Source: Candidatus Poseidoniaceae archaeon
GTDB lineage: Archaea > Thermoplasmatota > Poseidoniia > Poseidoniales > Poseidoniaceae
Direction: 5' to 3'
DNA length: 64,000 nt
NCBI GenBank assembly: GCA_030747695.1
Contig: JASLKG010000004.1
Span: 73,184 to 137,183, forward strand
In this document: in pieces, positions 40,901 to 50,477 of the stretch
Layout: each line of letters opens with the position of its first letter
How positions within the stretch are numbered: the stretch's first letter is position 1
The notes under the pieces: model-generated
Databases searched by the model: none
The model's input: only the letters and a program-made list of their open reading frames with translations
What the model was told of the DNA's origin: nothing
Position numbers and translations under genes: made by a program

Positions 40901-40924
40901 GTCGCATAATGTACGTTATGCGAC
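40901..40924 (-). terminator. Hairpin immediately downstream of the 40927-41262 gene
   Basis: Perfect 9-bp inverted repeat gtcgcataa / ttatgcgac with a 6-nt loop, starting 3 nt after the stop. No oligo-T tract follows. Confidence 0.3.
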
Positions 40925-40926
40925 AA

Positions 40927-41262
40927 CTAGTGTGTCGACTTTTTGAGATTTTTTGGATCTAGCGAAAAAATCCCAACCAAAGGGGGCCCAGAGAGTAGAG
41001 ATTCGATCCCTCCGTCTCTTGAATCGAACTCCTTGTTTACAGATTCTGAGATATTTCTCCAGGATTCTTCATTGAGATAAATCGATTGGACTAGAAACAT
41101 TGGTTGCCCATCAATTGAGCGTGTAACCCACGCTCGAACGCATCCGTCACTGCGGCGCTTCATTTCTTGTCTTGCTTCTAGCATTCGAGCTAATCTCGCA
41201 TCTGCGCCTTTCCTTGATGAACACACAACTGTTTCCATCCAATATGTTTTTTTTGATTTCAT
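40927..41262 (-). CDS. Small alpha+beta protein, ABM (antibiotic biosynthesis monooxygenase)-like
   Basis: 111 aa. DGCVRAWVTRSIDGQPMFLVQSIYLNEESWRNISES fits the ABM pattern. The assignment is weak. Confidence 0.4.
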   Translation of the reverse strand: MKSKKTYWMETVVCSSRKGADARLARMLEARQEMKRRSDGCVRAWVTRSIDGQPMFLVQSIYLNEESWRNISESVNKEFDSRDGGIESLLSGPPLVGIFSLDPKNLKKSTH

Positions 41263-41285
41263 GATAAACGCCTTTTGAAATGTAT

Positions 41286-42527
41286 TTAATGATAAATCAA
41301 TTCACCTTCAATAATTGTTGCAGAAAATGGATTTATTCCTGGACGTAGACACCAAGACTCCCAATTTTCACTCTCCAAAATATTCAAGTTGGCAATCGAG
41401 CCCTCCTGGATCCTTCCATGAACTAAACCAGAAGGGTGTGGAGAAGTCTCTGCTGAATTTCTACTACAGGCTGCTAGAGAAGCCAATGGGTCAATGTCAT
41501 TGCGCTGAACTAATATTGATGCTAGAAACGGCAGACTCAAGGTTTGACAATTTGGATTAAAATCTGAGGCATATGACCATAGCCACTCATTATCTATACA
41601 TTCCTGAAACGGTGGGAATTCTTCACCCATAGAATATGGAGTACCTGGTAGAAATCCAGCATTAACTCCTGCATCGGACATTGCTTGTCTAGCATCGTTG
41701 TTAGTCCAATGTGCATGGTCCGCTGTTGTAACTTTGAGTTCTGCTGCTAATTCACCGCCACCACCATCTACAAACTCATCGATATGAATTCTTAGATCCA
41801 TCCCTCCTGATTTAGATGCTTTTAGAATATCTTCAGATTGTTCAACAGAAAACCAACCGGGTTCGCAAAACACATCAGCGCTTCGGGCGATTCCCTGTTC
41901 AATTATTTCTGGTAATTGCTCAGACAATATCTCTTCAGTATAGGTTTCTATGTTTTTTCCAGGTGGCGCGGCATGTGCTCCAAGCCATGTTAAATCAAGG
42001 GAAGGTAGTCCCTCCAAATGCCCTAATTTTGATGCTACTTCTAGCAATCTTAATTCTGTTTTTGTATCTAAACCATAGCCCGATTTTGCTTCTAAATGTG
42101 TTGTACCATTTCTTAGGGCTTCGCGTAATCGTTCAACTCCAAGATGCATTAACTTACTATTGTCAGTTTTGCGTGTTGTCATTACTGTAGAAGCTATCCC
42201 TCCTCCCTTTTCTGCAATATCTTTGTATGACATTCCTTGTTGTCTCCACCTTACTTCTCTAGATCTATCACCCGCCCAAAGTAAGTGCGTATGGGTATCA
42301 ACTAATCCTGGGATAATCGCTCTACCCTCTAGATCAATACTTTCGAGTTCATTGTACTCCTCACTTAATTCTCCACTTGGAGAAATTTTGGAGATTATGT
42401 GATTATCTATTAATATCCCATAACCTGGATCAATAACATGCTCATCGTCTAGCATTTTACTACCAATAAGAGGGCCATTTCCAGCAAGGTGGACTATCGG
42501 ACCTGCGTTGAGTAAAAGCCTCTGCAT
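41286..42527 (-). CDS. hutI: Imidazolonepropionase
   Basis: Amidohydrolase fold with the PGLVDTHTHL metal motif. Family-typical length, and hut genes lie nearby. Confidence 0.85.
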   Translation of the reverse strand: MQRLLLNAGPIVHLAGNGPLIGSKMLDDEHVIDPGYGILIDNHIISKISPSGELSEEYNELESIDLEGRAIIPGLVDTHTHLLWAGDRSREVRWRQQGMSYKDIAEKGGGIASTVMTTRKTDNSKLMHLGVERLREALRNGTTHLEAKSGYGLDTKTELRLLEVASKLGHLEGLPSLDLTWLGAHAAPPGKNIETYTEEILSEQLPEIIEQGIARSADVFCEPGWFSVEQSEDILKASKSGGMDLRIHIDEFVDGGGGELAAELKVTTADHAHWTNNDARQAMSDAGVNAGFLPGTPYSMGEEFPPFQECIDNEWLWSYASDFNPNCQTLSLPFLASILVQRNDIDPLASLAACSRNSAETSPHPSGLVHGRIQEGSIANLNILESENWESWCLRPGINPFSATIIEGELIYH

Positions 42528-42578
42528 GACACAGCGATGAAGCCCTAGTTTGATATGATATTGGTTGAACGGCGTTAT

Positions 42579-43592
42579 ATGGGGCTAGATGGTTGGGTGC
42601 TTGGTATTGAATCCACTGCACATACCTTTTCATTTGGCCTTGTAGACTCTAATGGTTTGCCAAGACCATCAGTTAGTGACACACTGCGGCCTGATTCGGG
42701 AGGTATTCATCCACGTGAAGCTGCTGATCATCATGTCGAATTGGGAGCTAAATTACTCAAAGATTTACTCGACCGAGAAAATCTTGTTCCTAACGATATT
42801 GCAGCTATTGCATATTCGCAAGGACCTGGAATGGGCCCCTGCTTGAGAACAGGTGCTGCTGCTGCTAGAGCTCTCTCTACATATCTATCTGTTCCACTTA
42901 TTGGAGTAAATCATTGTGTAGCACATATAGAGATTGGTAGAGAACAGTGCGGTTGTGATGATCCTATACTCCTCTATGTTAGTGGAGGAAATACTCAAGT
43001 TATTGCAAGACTAGATGGTAAATACAGAGTTCTGGGGGAAACACTTGATATTGGAATTGGAAATATGCTTGACAAATTTGCACGGGCTCATGGAATCCCA
43101 TTTCCAGGTGGACCTGAAGTAGAAAAAATGGCCCAAAAGTGGTTAGATTCCAATCCAAATTCCTCATTGAAAGAACTAGAATTACCATATGCGGTACATG
43201 GAATGGATCTAGCATTCTCAGGATTATTAAGTGCTGCTAATCGATTAGTAAAAGATGGTTCACCATTCGAAGCGGTTTGTTGGTCCTTACAAGAACATGC
43301 ATTTGCTGCTTGTATTGAAGTTGCTGAACGTGCACTAGCGCACACAAGGAAAGATCAAATCCTTCTAGGTGGAGGTGTAGCTTGTAATCAAAGGTTGAGG
43401 ACAATGTCTGAAATTATGTGTCGGGAAAGGGGTGCATCGAGCTATTGCCCTCCAAAAATGTACTGTATTGACAATGGTACTATGATTGCGAGGTTAGGAT
43501 GGTTAGAATTGATTAATGGACGAGTTACAAGCCTTGAACATTCTGCTGTTGACCAGGAACTAAGAACAGACCATACTGCTATCATCTGGTGA
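42579..43592 (+). CDS. kae1: Kae1 (tRNA N6-adenosine threonylcarbamoyltransferase, KEOPS catalytic subunit)
   Basis: LGIESTAHTFSFGLV, GVNHCVAHIE, YVSGGNTQV and GGGVACNQRLR motifs. Confidence 0.92.
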   Translation: MGLDGWVLGIESTAHTFSFGLVDSNGLPRPSVSDTLRPDSGGIHPREAADHHVELGAKLLKDLLDRENLVPNDIAAIAYSQGPGMGPCLRTGAAAARALSTYLSVPLIGVNHCVAHIEIGREQCGCDDPILLYVSGGNTQVIARLDGKYRVLGETLDIGIGNMLDKFARAHGIPFPGGPEVEKMAQKWLDSNPNSSLKELELPYAVHGMDLAFSGLLSAANRLVKDGSPFEAVCWSLQEHAFAACIEVAERALAHTRKDQILLGGGVACNQRLRTMSEIMCRERGASSYCPPKMYCIDNGTMIARLGWLELINGRVTSLEHSAVDQELRTDHTAIIW

Positions 43593-43611
43593 ATTAATCA
43601 TCCCAAGGGTT

Positions 43612-44481
43612 ATGAAAGGCCTACAAGGCCCCTTGTATATGGAAAAGCGCCGGCGTAGGGATGAACCGTTCAATCCGTTTGCCCCCAATGCTGGACAAAA
43701 AGCAAGAGATAGGAGAGATAATCCTAGCCGTCAACGCCCAACTCAGCGTCAAGACTCTACAGAAAAACCAAGTCAGGGCGACCTTGCAAAGAAGCAAAAA
43801 GCGGCAATGGAAGCAATGAAGCAACAACGTGAAAAACAGCAACAGGCATCGCAAAAGTCCGAACATAAACCTCCACCAAGAGTTGCACCACAAATAAAAT
43901 CACCACCCCCAAAACAGGGTGCAAAAAAGAAAAATGATCGAGAAGATAGATTGGCCAAACTACGGGCAAAATCAGCAGCGACTGCACAGTATGCAAAGGA
44001 TGCTATTGGTAGCAATAAATCGAATGATGAAGAAATTGGTGCTGCAATAGAAATGGTTGAACAAAAACCAGAAGTTGCCGTTGAAAATAGTGAGATTGAG
44101 GATAAGTTAAATGATTCGTCAGGTAAAATTTCTGCTGGAAATGTATTCAAAACGATCAAGACTGAAATTAAGTCGACTGATAAACGTCCAAGAAGAAGGA
44201 GGCACGATCGTCGAGGGGGTGGCCGTCAACCACAAACAAGGAAATTAGACAGGCGTAAATACCTCGAATACAAATACGTTGCAAGAGAATTGTTAGATAA
44301 TGATTCAATTAGTGAAGAACATCGTTCCAATGTATTGGGTCAGGTTTGGGCTAAAGGAGAACGGATTGGTGTTGAAAGTGCCCTGGAATTTATTATTCAA
44401 AAAGAAGAGGAATTGATTTTGCCAACGGAAGTAGCAGATGAATTTAGAAAATTAGTAAAGAAATATACAACAAAGAGGTGA
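43612..44481 (+). CDS. Highly basic, Gln/Lys/Arg-rich protein with a structured C-terminal domain of about 75 aa; unknown function
   Basis: Long low-complexity basic region (RRRRHDRRGGGRQ), then KYLEYKYVARELLDND...ALEFIIQKEE. The start may be the internal Met at 43639. Confidence 0.55.
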   Translation: MKGLQGPLYMEKRRRRDEPFNPFAPNAGQKARDRRDNPSRQRPTQRQDSTEKPSQGDLAKKQKAAMEAMKQQREKQQQASQKSEHKPPPRVAPQIKSPPPKQGAKKKNDREDRLAKLRAKSAATAQYAKDAIGSNKSNDEEIGAAIEMVEQKPEVAVENSEIEDKLNDSSGKISAGNVFKTIKTEIKSTDKRPRRRRHDRRGGGRQPQTRKLDRRKYLEYKYVARELLDNDSISEEHRSNVLGQVWAKGERIGVESALEFIIQKEEELILPTEVADEFRKLVKKYTTKR

Positions 44482-44960
44482 ATAAATTGACAATAGTTGA
44501 AGAAAACAAGGTAGTTACAGTTCATTATACTGGAACTTTACCAGATAGTGGAGATACATTTGATACGAGCATTGACAGAGATCCATTGACGTTTCTTGTA
44601 GGGCACAAAAATATGATTCCCGGTTTTGAGAGAGAATTGATGGGTAAGGCTGTAGGTGAAAAAGTAAAATTTACACTTTCATCAGAAGATGCATATGGAG
44701 ACTACAATCCGGATGGTGTACAGAAAGTACCTGTTGAGATGTTTGGTGAAATAACACCTGAAGTTGGAAAGACTTTGGTTAGTGACATTGGGCCATTTAC
44801 TATTAAGGAAGTATCAGATGAATTAATCACTGTTGATTTCAATCATGAATTAGCAGGTCAATCTCTTTGTTTTGAAGTTGAAATTATCGAAATTCGCGAT
44901 GCTACTGAAGAAGAAATTTCACATGGGCATGCTCATGGACCTGGCGGTCACCACCACTGA
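44478..44960 (+). CDS. FKBP-type peptidyl-prolyl isomerase, SlyD-like, with a His-rich tail
   Basis: VTVHYTGTL, FLVGHKNMIPGFERELMG and the IF-domain insert. The tail is HGHAHGPGGHHH. Confidence 0.85.
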   Translation: MNKLTIVEENKVVTVHYTGTLPDSGDTFDTSIDRDPLTFLVGHKNMIPGFERELMGKAVGEKVKFTLSSEDAYGDYNPDGVQKVPVEMFGEITPEVGKTLVSDIGPFTIKEVSDELITVDFNHELAGQSLCFEVEIIEIRDATEEEISHGHAHGPGGHHH

Positions 44961-44975
44961 TAGGAGCGTGAGCCA

Positions 44976-46538
44976 ATGGCAAGCCAGAGGAGAGAAGACT
45001 GGCAAACATTGGGAGGCATTGATTTGCCGAATATTGTTGGCCCTGAAACCTCTGGGAATCCGCCATACACCAGAGGTATTCATGAGACAATGTACAGATC
45101 ACGTCTTTGGACTATGAGGCAATATGCAGGGTTTGGTAGTGCCAAAGAAACAAATGAGCGATTTAAACTGCTTTTAGAGAGGGGTCAGAAGGGACTTTCT
45201 GTTGCATTTGATCTACCAACACAATTGGGCCTAGATGCAGATGACAAACTTAGCGAAGGTGAAGTTGGCAAAGTCGGTGTTTCTATTTCTTGTCTAGATG
45301 ATATGAGAGAATTACTTTCCGGAATACCATTAGATGAGGTTTCTACTTCAATGACAATCAATGCTCCCGCAATGATTTTGCTAGCAATGTATGTGGTAAT
45401 TGCTGAAGAGCAAGGTATATCGGAAGACAAAATTAGGGGGACAATTCAGAATGATATTTTGAAGGAATACATTGCTCGAGGGACATATGTATTCCCACCA
45501 GAACCTTCCATGAGATTAATTACAGATACATTTGATTACTGTGCAAATAATATTCCGTCTTGGAATACAATATCCATATCTGGTTACCATATTAGAGAAG
45601 CTGGTTCAACAGCTGTCCAAGAAGTTGCCTTCACAATTTCAAATGCACTCGAATACATTGATGCTGCTATTTCGAGGGGTTTAGATATTGATGATTTTGC
45701 ACCTAGAATCTCATTCTTCTTTAATTGCCATAATGATTTCTTTGAAGAGGTTAGTAAATTTCGTGCTGCAAGAAAACTCTGGCATGATTTAATTAAAGTT
45801 CGTTATTCTCCTAATAATCCAAAAAGTTCGATGCTAAGATTTCACACACAAGTTGCCGGAGTGTCTCTTACTGCTCAGCAACCACTCAACAATATTTCCA
45901 GAGTGACAATACAGGCTCTTGCTGCCGTTTGTGGTGGAACTCAAAGCCTTCATACAAATTCTTATGATGAAGCTCTTGGATTACCAACCGAAAATAGTGC
46001 AACAGTTGCACTGAGAACACAGCAGATTATTGCAGAAGAAAGTGGAGCTGCTAATGTTGCTGATCCCTTGGGTGGATCACATTTGGTAGAGTTTCTTACT
46101 GATGAAATTTATCGCAAATCTAAAGAAAAAATTGAGACAATTGAAAAAATGGGTGGTGCCATGAAGGCGATAGAAAGTGGTTTCCAGCAAAAGGAGATTC
46201 ACGAAGCCGCTTGGAAGCATCAGTCTGATGTTGAAAATGATGATAGATTAATTGTTGGAGTCAACCATGGTGTACTCGATGAAGAAAAAATGCCTCCTCT
46301 ATTGAAACCTGATCCTGCTCTAGGGGAAAAACAGAGAATTAAATTACAAGAATTAAGAAAAGCTAGGGATGAAATAAATGTGCAGAAATGCCTTGGTGAA
46401 ATAAAATCCTGCGCAGCAGGTGATGGGAATATGTTCCCACTAGTTATTGATGCGCTTAAAGCCAATTGTACACTAGGGGAAATAATGGGAGCAATGAAAG
46501 AGATATTTGGAACGTGGATGGCGCCAAGTGGTTTTTAG
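44976..46538 (+). CDS. Methylmalonyl-CoA mutase, catalytic (large) subunit without the B12-binding domain
   Basis: PYTRGIHETMYRSRLWTMRQYAGFG, GQKGLSVAFDLPTQ and ISISGYHIREAG motifs. Confidence 0.92.
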   Translation: MASQRREDWQTLGGIDLPNIVGPETSGNPPYTRGIHETMYRSRLWTMRQYAGFGSAKETNERFKLLLERGQKGLSVAFDLPTQLGLDADDKLSEGEVGKVGVSISCLDDMRELLSGIPLDEVSTSMTINAPAMILLAMYVVIAEEQGISEDKIRGTIQNDILKEYIARGTYVFPPEPSMRLITDTFDYCANNIPSWNTISISGYHIREAGSTAVQEVAFTISNALEYIDAAISRGLDIDDFAPRISFFFNCHNDFFEEVSKFRAARKLWHDLIKVRYSPNNPKSSMLRFHTQVAGVSLTAQQPLNNISRVTIQALAAVCGGTQSLHTNSYDEALGLPTENSATVALRTQQIIAEESGAANVADPLGGSHLVEFLTDEIYRKSKEKIETIEKMGGAMKAIESGFQQKEIHEAAWKHQSDVENDDRLIVGVNHGVLDEEKMPPLLKPDPALGEKQRIKLQELRKARDEINVQKCLGEIKSCAAGDGNMFPLVIDALKANCTLGEIMGAMKEIFGTWMAPSGF

Positions 46539-46546
46539 GTGATATT

Positions 46547-46960
46547 ATGAAGATCTATTTGGACCATATAGGGATTGCATGCAACGACCTAGAATCATCT
46601 TCGGGTTTTTGGAGATTGATAGGTTTAGTTGAAGGTGATAAAGATGAGACTGTTACTAATCAAGGAGTAATTACACGATTTTTTTCTACAACTTCTAATG
46701 ATAAAAAACAACCAAGAATTGAACTATTAGAGCCAACCGGCGAAAATACACCTATTGGCAAATTTCTCAAGAATCGAGGGCCTGGAGTCCAACAAATTTG
46801 TTTTAGGGTCGATGACTTAGAAAAAATGATTCAATATCTAACGGCAAATGAAATACAAATGATCGACCAGGAGCCGAGGATTGGAGCACACGGAAACAGA
46901 ATTGCATTTGTACATCCAAAAAGCACTGGTGGAGTATTAGTAGAGCTGACACAATATTAG
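46547..46960 (+). CDS. Methylmalonyl-CoA epimerase (VOC/glyoxalase fold)
   Basis: LDHIGIA, GPGVQQICFRVDD and RIAFVHPKSTGGVLVEL motifs. Lies directly after the mutase gene. Confidence 0.85.
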   Translation: MKIYLDHIGIACNDLESSSGFWRLIGLVEGDKDETVTNQGVITRFFSTTSNDKKQPRIELLEPTGENTPIGKFLKNRGPGVQQICFRVDDLEKMIQYLTANEIQMIDQEPRIGAHGNRIAFVHPKSTGGVLVELTQY

Positions 46961-46962
46961 GG

Positions 46963-47799
46963 ATGGATCAAATGTCTGATGCAATGTTAACAATTGAGGG
47001 CGTTGCAAAACATTTCGGAGAGGTTAGTGCACTTTCTAGCATCGATCTCGAGATTTCTAGTGGCCAAGTCATTGGTCTGGTTGGAGGCAATGGTGCTGGT
47101 AAAACTACGCTGTTACGCCTTATGGCAGGAGTTATGGAGCCATCTAGTGGTGATGTTTTGTTTAGGGGTAAACCTGTTAGTTCAATGCGAGCAAAACTAG
47201 GTGTTGTTCCTGAATCTACAGGGCTATATTCACGTCTAACCGCATGGGAAAATATTCGCTACCACTCCCGAATGTTTGGTATTGACGATACAGTGGCATG
47301 GAATCGTACATCACATTTCGCAAAACGTTTGGACTTGAGTGATTCTTTATCGCGCCATACAAAGGGTTTCAGTCGAGGTATGCGCCAAAAAACAGCCCTA
47401 TTACGGGCCTTAGCACATGGACCTGATATTCTACTTCTTGATGAGCCAACAGCGGGTCTTGATGTTACCAGTGCTCGTACAGTGCGAACGTTAGTTAGAC
47501 AGTTACGTGACGAGGGTGGTACAGTAATCTATTCAACACACCATCTAGCTGAGGCACAGCAGGTATGTGACCGCATCATTATAGTTCACAATGGTACAAT
47601 TCGTGCAGATGGTTCACCAAATGATTTGTTAGAACTGACTGAATGTTCAAATCTTGAGGATGCATATGTCGCCCTAACATCAGACAAAGCACGTGCGAGG
47701 ACAGAAGAGCCTCGTAGTGAAAGCAAATTGGCACGTTGGTGGAAGGTTTTCCTTACAGGACGAACTCCAGATACTGTGGGTGGTGATGATGATGAGTGA
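46963..47799 (+). CDS. ABC transporter ATP-binding protein (ABC-2/NatA-like exporter)
   Basis: GGNGAGKTT Walker A, the FSRGMRQK signature region, and LLLDEPTAGLD Walker B. Confidence 0.9.
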   Translation: MDQMSDAMLTIEGVAKHFGEVSALSSIDLEISSGQVIGLVGGNGAGKTTLLRLMAGVMEPSSGDVLFRGKPVSSMRAKLGVVPESTGLYSRLTAWENIRYHSRMFGIDDTVAWNRTSHFAKRLDLSDSLSRHTKGFSRGMRQKTALLRALAHGPDILLLDEPTAGLDVTSARTVRTLVRQLRDEGGTVIYSTHHLAEAQQVCDRIIIVHNGTIRADGSPNDLLELTECSNLEDAYVALTSDKARARTEEPRSESKLARWWKVFLTGRTPDTVGGDDDE

Positions 47800-49009
47800 A
47801 TCATGGAGATACATTCGCGTAATCTCAGCTAAAGAAATAATTGAATTTATTCGAGATTGGCGTACACTTGTGGCGGTTATTGTCATACCTCTCCTAATTT
47901 TCCCCGCTCTATTTATTGCCTTACCAATGTTAATGCAATCAGAAGCGGCTGAACTCGATGCCCTAACTCTTGAGGTAGTCTGGCAGGGAGATGTGGAGGA
48001 TGATTTACATCTAAAATATCAAGATTTGAAATTGAATTTAACATTTGAAGAACTATCTGATGACGCAGAAAATTTGTCCGATCCAGGAAGTGACTTAGAT
48101 CGACTAAGAAATCAGGAATATGATGCAATATTCAGACTTCGTAATTCAAGTGGCACATGGGAGTTCTCGATATTACATCTTTCAACATCTGAATATTCAG
48201 CAGAAGCAAAAGCGAGAATGTTAGGTGCGCTATACGACTGGGAAATGGAAGTAATCAATGGGACACTCACAGAAGCTGGACTCGAACCAAATGAGACTCT
48301 AAATCCTGTAAAGTGGGATGGTAATCCAGAATATGCAGATGCAGCTACTAAGGGGGAACAAGCAGGTTTGGCATTGTCACTATTCATTCCGATGGTAATT
48401 GCTATTTGGACTGCCACCAGCGCAATTCAACCATCGATTGACATGACCGCAGGTGAAAGAGAAAGGGGGACTCTCGAAGCGCTACTTTGTCTCCCCTGCA
48501 GCCGGGTACAATTGTTAGCAGGTAAATGGCTAGCAGTAGCAACGATCACTAGTGTCGGTGTTGGATTACAACTTGCAGGATTAATGTTTGCAATAACATA
48601 CCTTGCATCTTCATCCATCATAGGCGTCCCAAGTATATCATGGTCCTCTGTAATGTTACTCGGTATTGCCATTCTAATTTTTGCAATAATGGTTGTTGCG
48701 TTTGAACTTGCAATAGCCATGAAATCACATAGTGTCAAAGAAGCAGGGTCACTTCTGGGCCCTGCAATAATTTTCATAATGTTCCCTGCAATATTCACTC
48801 AATTCATTAACCTAGATGGAATTGAGGCGTTCTGGTTTTCAGTGCCACTTGTGAATATATTACTAGCAATGAGGGAATTGCTGCTAGATAGAGTCATTTT
48901 AGAACATATAGTTGTGTGGCTGGTTTCTAGTTTGTTATATGCTGGAATCGCAGCATGGTATGCAGCAAGGCAATTCAAGCGAGAGGACCTCGTAGCATCT
49001 CTTTCCTGA
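47786..49009 (+). CDS. ABC-2 type permease (NatB-like) with a large extracytoplasmic loop
   Basis: N-terminal TM, a loop of about 150 aa, five C-terminal TMs, and an ERERGTLEALL motif. The start overlaps the ATPase stop. Confidence 0.8.
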   Translation: MMMSESWRYIRVISAKEIIEFIRDWRTLVAVIVIPLLIFPALFIALPMLMQSEAAELDALTLEVVWQGDVEDDLHLKYQDLKLNLTFEELSDDAENLSDPGSDLDRLRNQEYDAIFRLRNSSGTWEFSILHLSTSEYSAEAKARMLGALYDWEMEVINGTLTEAGLEPNETLNPVKWDGNPEYADAATKGEQAGLALSLFIPMVIAIWTATSAIQPSIDMTAGERERGTLEALLCLPCSRVQLLAGKWLAVATITSVGVGLQLAGLMFAITYLASSSIIGVPSISWSSVMLLGIAILIFAIMVVAFELAIAMKSHSVKEAGSLLGPAIIFIMFPAIFTQFINLDGIEAFWFSVPLVNILLAMRELLLDRVILEHIVVWLVSSLLYAGIAAWYAARQFKREDLVASLS

Positions 49010-49064
49010 GTAATTTTTGGATCGCGGATTAAGAGCAATAATCACACGAAGTAAAAAATAAGGA

Positions 49065-49105
49065 TATTACTAGAGTATTACTATAGGAATACTTTGATAA
49101 ATATG
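49065..49105 (+). promoter_or_regulatory. Putative operator (direct repeat TATTACTA x2, 11-bp register) plus a TATA-like box upstream of the RHH/que operon
   Basis: TATTACTA occurs at 49065 and at 49076. TTGATAAATAT is centred about 25 nt before the ATG at 49124, which is consistent with a leaderless transcript. Confidence 0.35.
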
Positions 49106-49123
49106 AGGTTTCAGCCTTAGACC

Positions 49124-49300
49124 ATGCCTAAGGTAAGTTTAGACATGCCAGCACAAATTCTGGCAGACTTGAAATTGCATGTTGGTGACGATGGGAAATT
49201 CGTCAGTGTCGCTGATGCTATACGCACCGCATGTCGAAAATTGCTTGATCAGTTGGATGAAATTGATTCAAGGCATGGTCGAATGGAGGAGATGAAATGA
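49124..49300 (+). CDS. 58-aa ribbon-helix-helix (CopG/Arc-like) protein (below the ORF-track cutoff)
   Basis: Hand translation gives MPKVSLDMPAQILADLKLHVGDDGKFVSVADAIRTACRKLLDQLDEIDSRHGRMEEMK, with a beta-strand/helix/helix pattern. Its stop overlaps the folE ATG (ATGA), and GGAGGAG lies inside its 3' end. Confidence 0.65.
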   Translation: MPKVSLDMPAQILADLKLHVGDDGKFVSVADAIRTACRKLLDQLDEIDSRHGRMEEMK

Positions 49301-49872
49301 CCTCCAAAGAGGAAGCAATGCAGGCAGTTAGCACGCTGCTAAATTATATCGAAGGAGGAAATGATAGAGAAGGCCTCATAGATACTCCTAGAAGAGTGAT
49401 TGAATCATTCGAAGAAATATTTGCAGGATATGAGATGACCTCGTCTGAAGTCCTTTCTTCTACTTTCAATGGTGAAGGATATAATGGAATTGTTCTTCTG
49501 CGCGATATTGAGTTTCATTCCACCTGTGAACACCATCTTCAGCCTTTCAAAGGAAGAGCACATGTTGCATATATTCCAACTGAAAGAATTGTAGGAATTA
49601 GTAAACTTGCGCGAATTGTTGAACTACATGCTCGCAGATTACAAAACCAAGAAAGAATCACAAAAGGTGTTGCCGACGACCTAGAAGAGCACTTACATCC
49701 ACTTGGGTCAGCAGTAATTATCGAAGCTGCTCACGGATGCATGCAGTGCCGAGGAGTCTCCAAACAAAATGCAATTATGACTACTAGTGCAATGCGTGGA
49801 GTGTTTTTTGATAAAAGTGAAGCACGAAGCGAATTACTGCAATTGATCCAAAATCCTCCATTGTCAAGATAA
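49297..49872 (+). CDS. folE: GTP cyclohydrolase I (FolE type)
   Basis: FHSTCEHHLQPF, ISKLARIV and RLQNQERIT motifs. Confidence 0.92.
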   Translation: MTSKEEAMQAVSTLLNYIEGGNDREGLIDTPRRVIESFEEIFAGYEMTSSEVLSSTFNGEGYNGIVLLRDIEFHSTCEHHLQPFKGRAHVAYIPTERIVGISKLARIVELHARRLQNQERITKGVADDLEEHLHPLGSAVIIEAAHGCMQCRGVSKQNAIMTTSAMRGVFFDKSEARSELLQLIQNPPLSR

Positions 49873-49880
49873 GTGATAAC

Positions 49881-50477
49881 ATGGCCTCATATCCAATTGT
49901 GGAAATTTTCCATTCCGTCCAGGGTGAAGCATTTCACGCTGGCATTCCCCATGTTTTCATTAGATTCGGGAATTGTAATCTCAGATGTGAATGGTGTGAT
50001 ACTGATTTCTTGACATTTCAAGAAATGGAACTGGATGAAATTGTTAATCAGGTTCTCTCATATGATTGTAAAAGGGTTATTTTCACTGGAGGAGAGCCTT
50101 GTTTACATGATTTGGACACGATTGGAAACGAACTAAAGAAGCATGGAATCAATCTCTCAATCGAGACCAATGGAACAATACCTGTCCCCGATATTATTGA
50201 TTGGATTTGTGTATCTCCTAAGGACCAACTTTACCCCAATGTTTCAATCAAACAAAGGAAGGGCGATGAATTGAAAGTCGTATATTGTGGGCAAGATTTG
50301 TCGATGTATGATGAATTGAAGAATGGTTTTACACATCAATTTATACAACCATGTTACATAGAAAGTGACTCTATTGAGGAAAATGGGCGGCATTTTGCTA
50401 AAGTTGAATCGCTTGTTAAATCAAACCCGGGATGGAGATTATCCCTCCAAACGCACAAGTGGATGGGGGTAAATTAA
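49881..50477 (+). CDS. queE: 7-carboxy-7-deazaguanine synthase QueE (radical SAM)
   Basis: EIFHSVQGEAFHAG, CNLRCEWCDT and TGGEP motifs. Confidence 0.9.
   Translation: MASYPIVEIFHSVQGEAFHAGIPHVFIRFGNCNLRCEWCDTDFLTFQEMELDEIVNQVLSYDCKRVIFTGGEPCLHDLDTIGNELKKHGINLSIETNGTIPVPDIIDWICVSPKDQLYPNVSIKQRKGDELKVVYCGQDLSMYDELKNGFTHQFIQPCYIESDSIEENGRHFAKVESLVKSNPGWRLSLQTHKWMGVN

Noticed and set aside
40385-40926. tRNA-adjacent non-coding stretch considered as a possible integration site or remnant of a mobile element.
   Set aside because: I saw no integrase or transposase gene, no direct repeat of the tRNA 3' end, and no compositional break. The region is partly explained by a small gene and promoter/terminator elements.
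49020-49065. Weak hairpin (gattaagagcaataatc) followed by an A-rich tail (gtaaaaaataagga) upstream of the que operon, reminiscent of a preQ1-I riboswitch.
   Set aside because: The stem is 5 AT-rich base pairs. I could not identify the conserved loop nucleotides or the pseudoknot pairing. The element lies upstream of the putative TATA box and so is probably not transcribed. I am not aware of preQ1 riboswitches in archaea.
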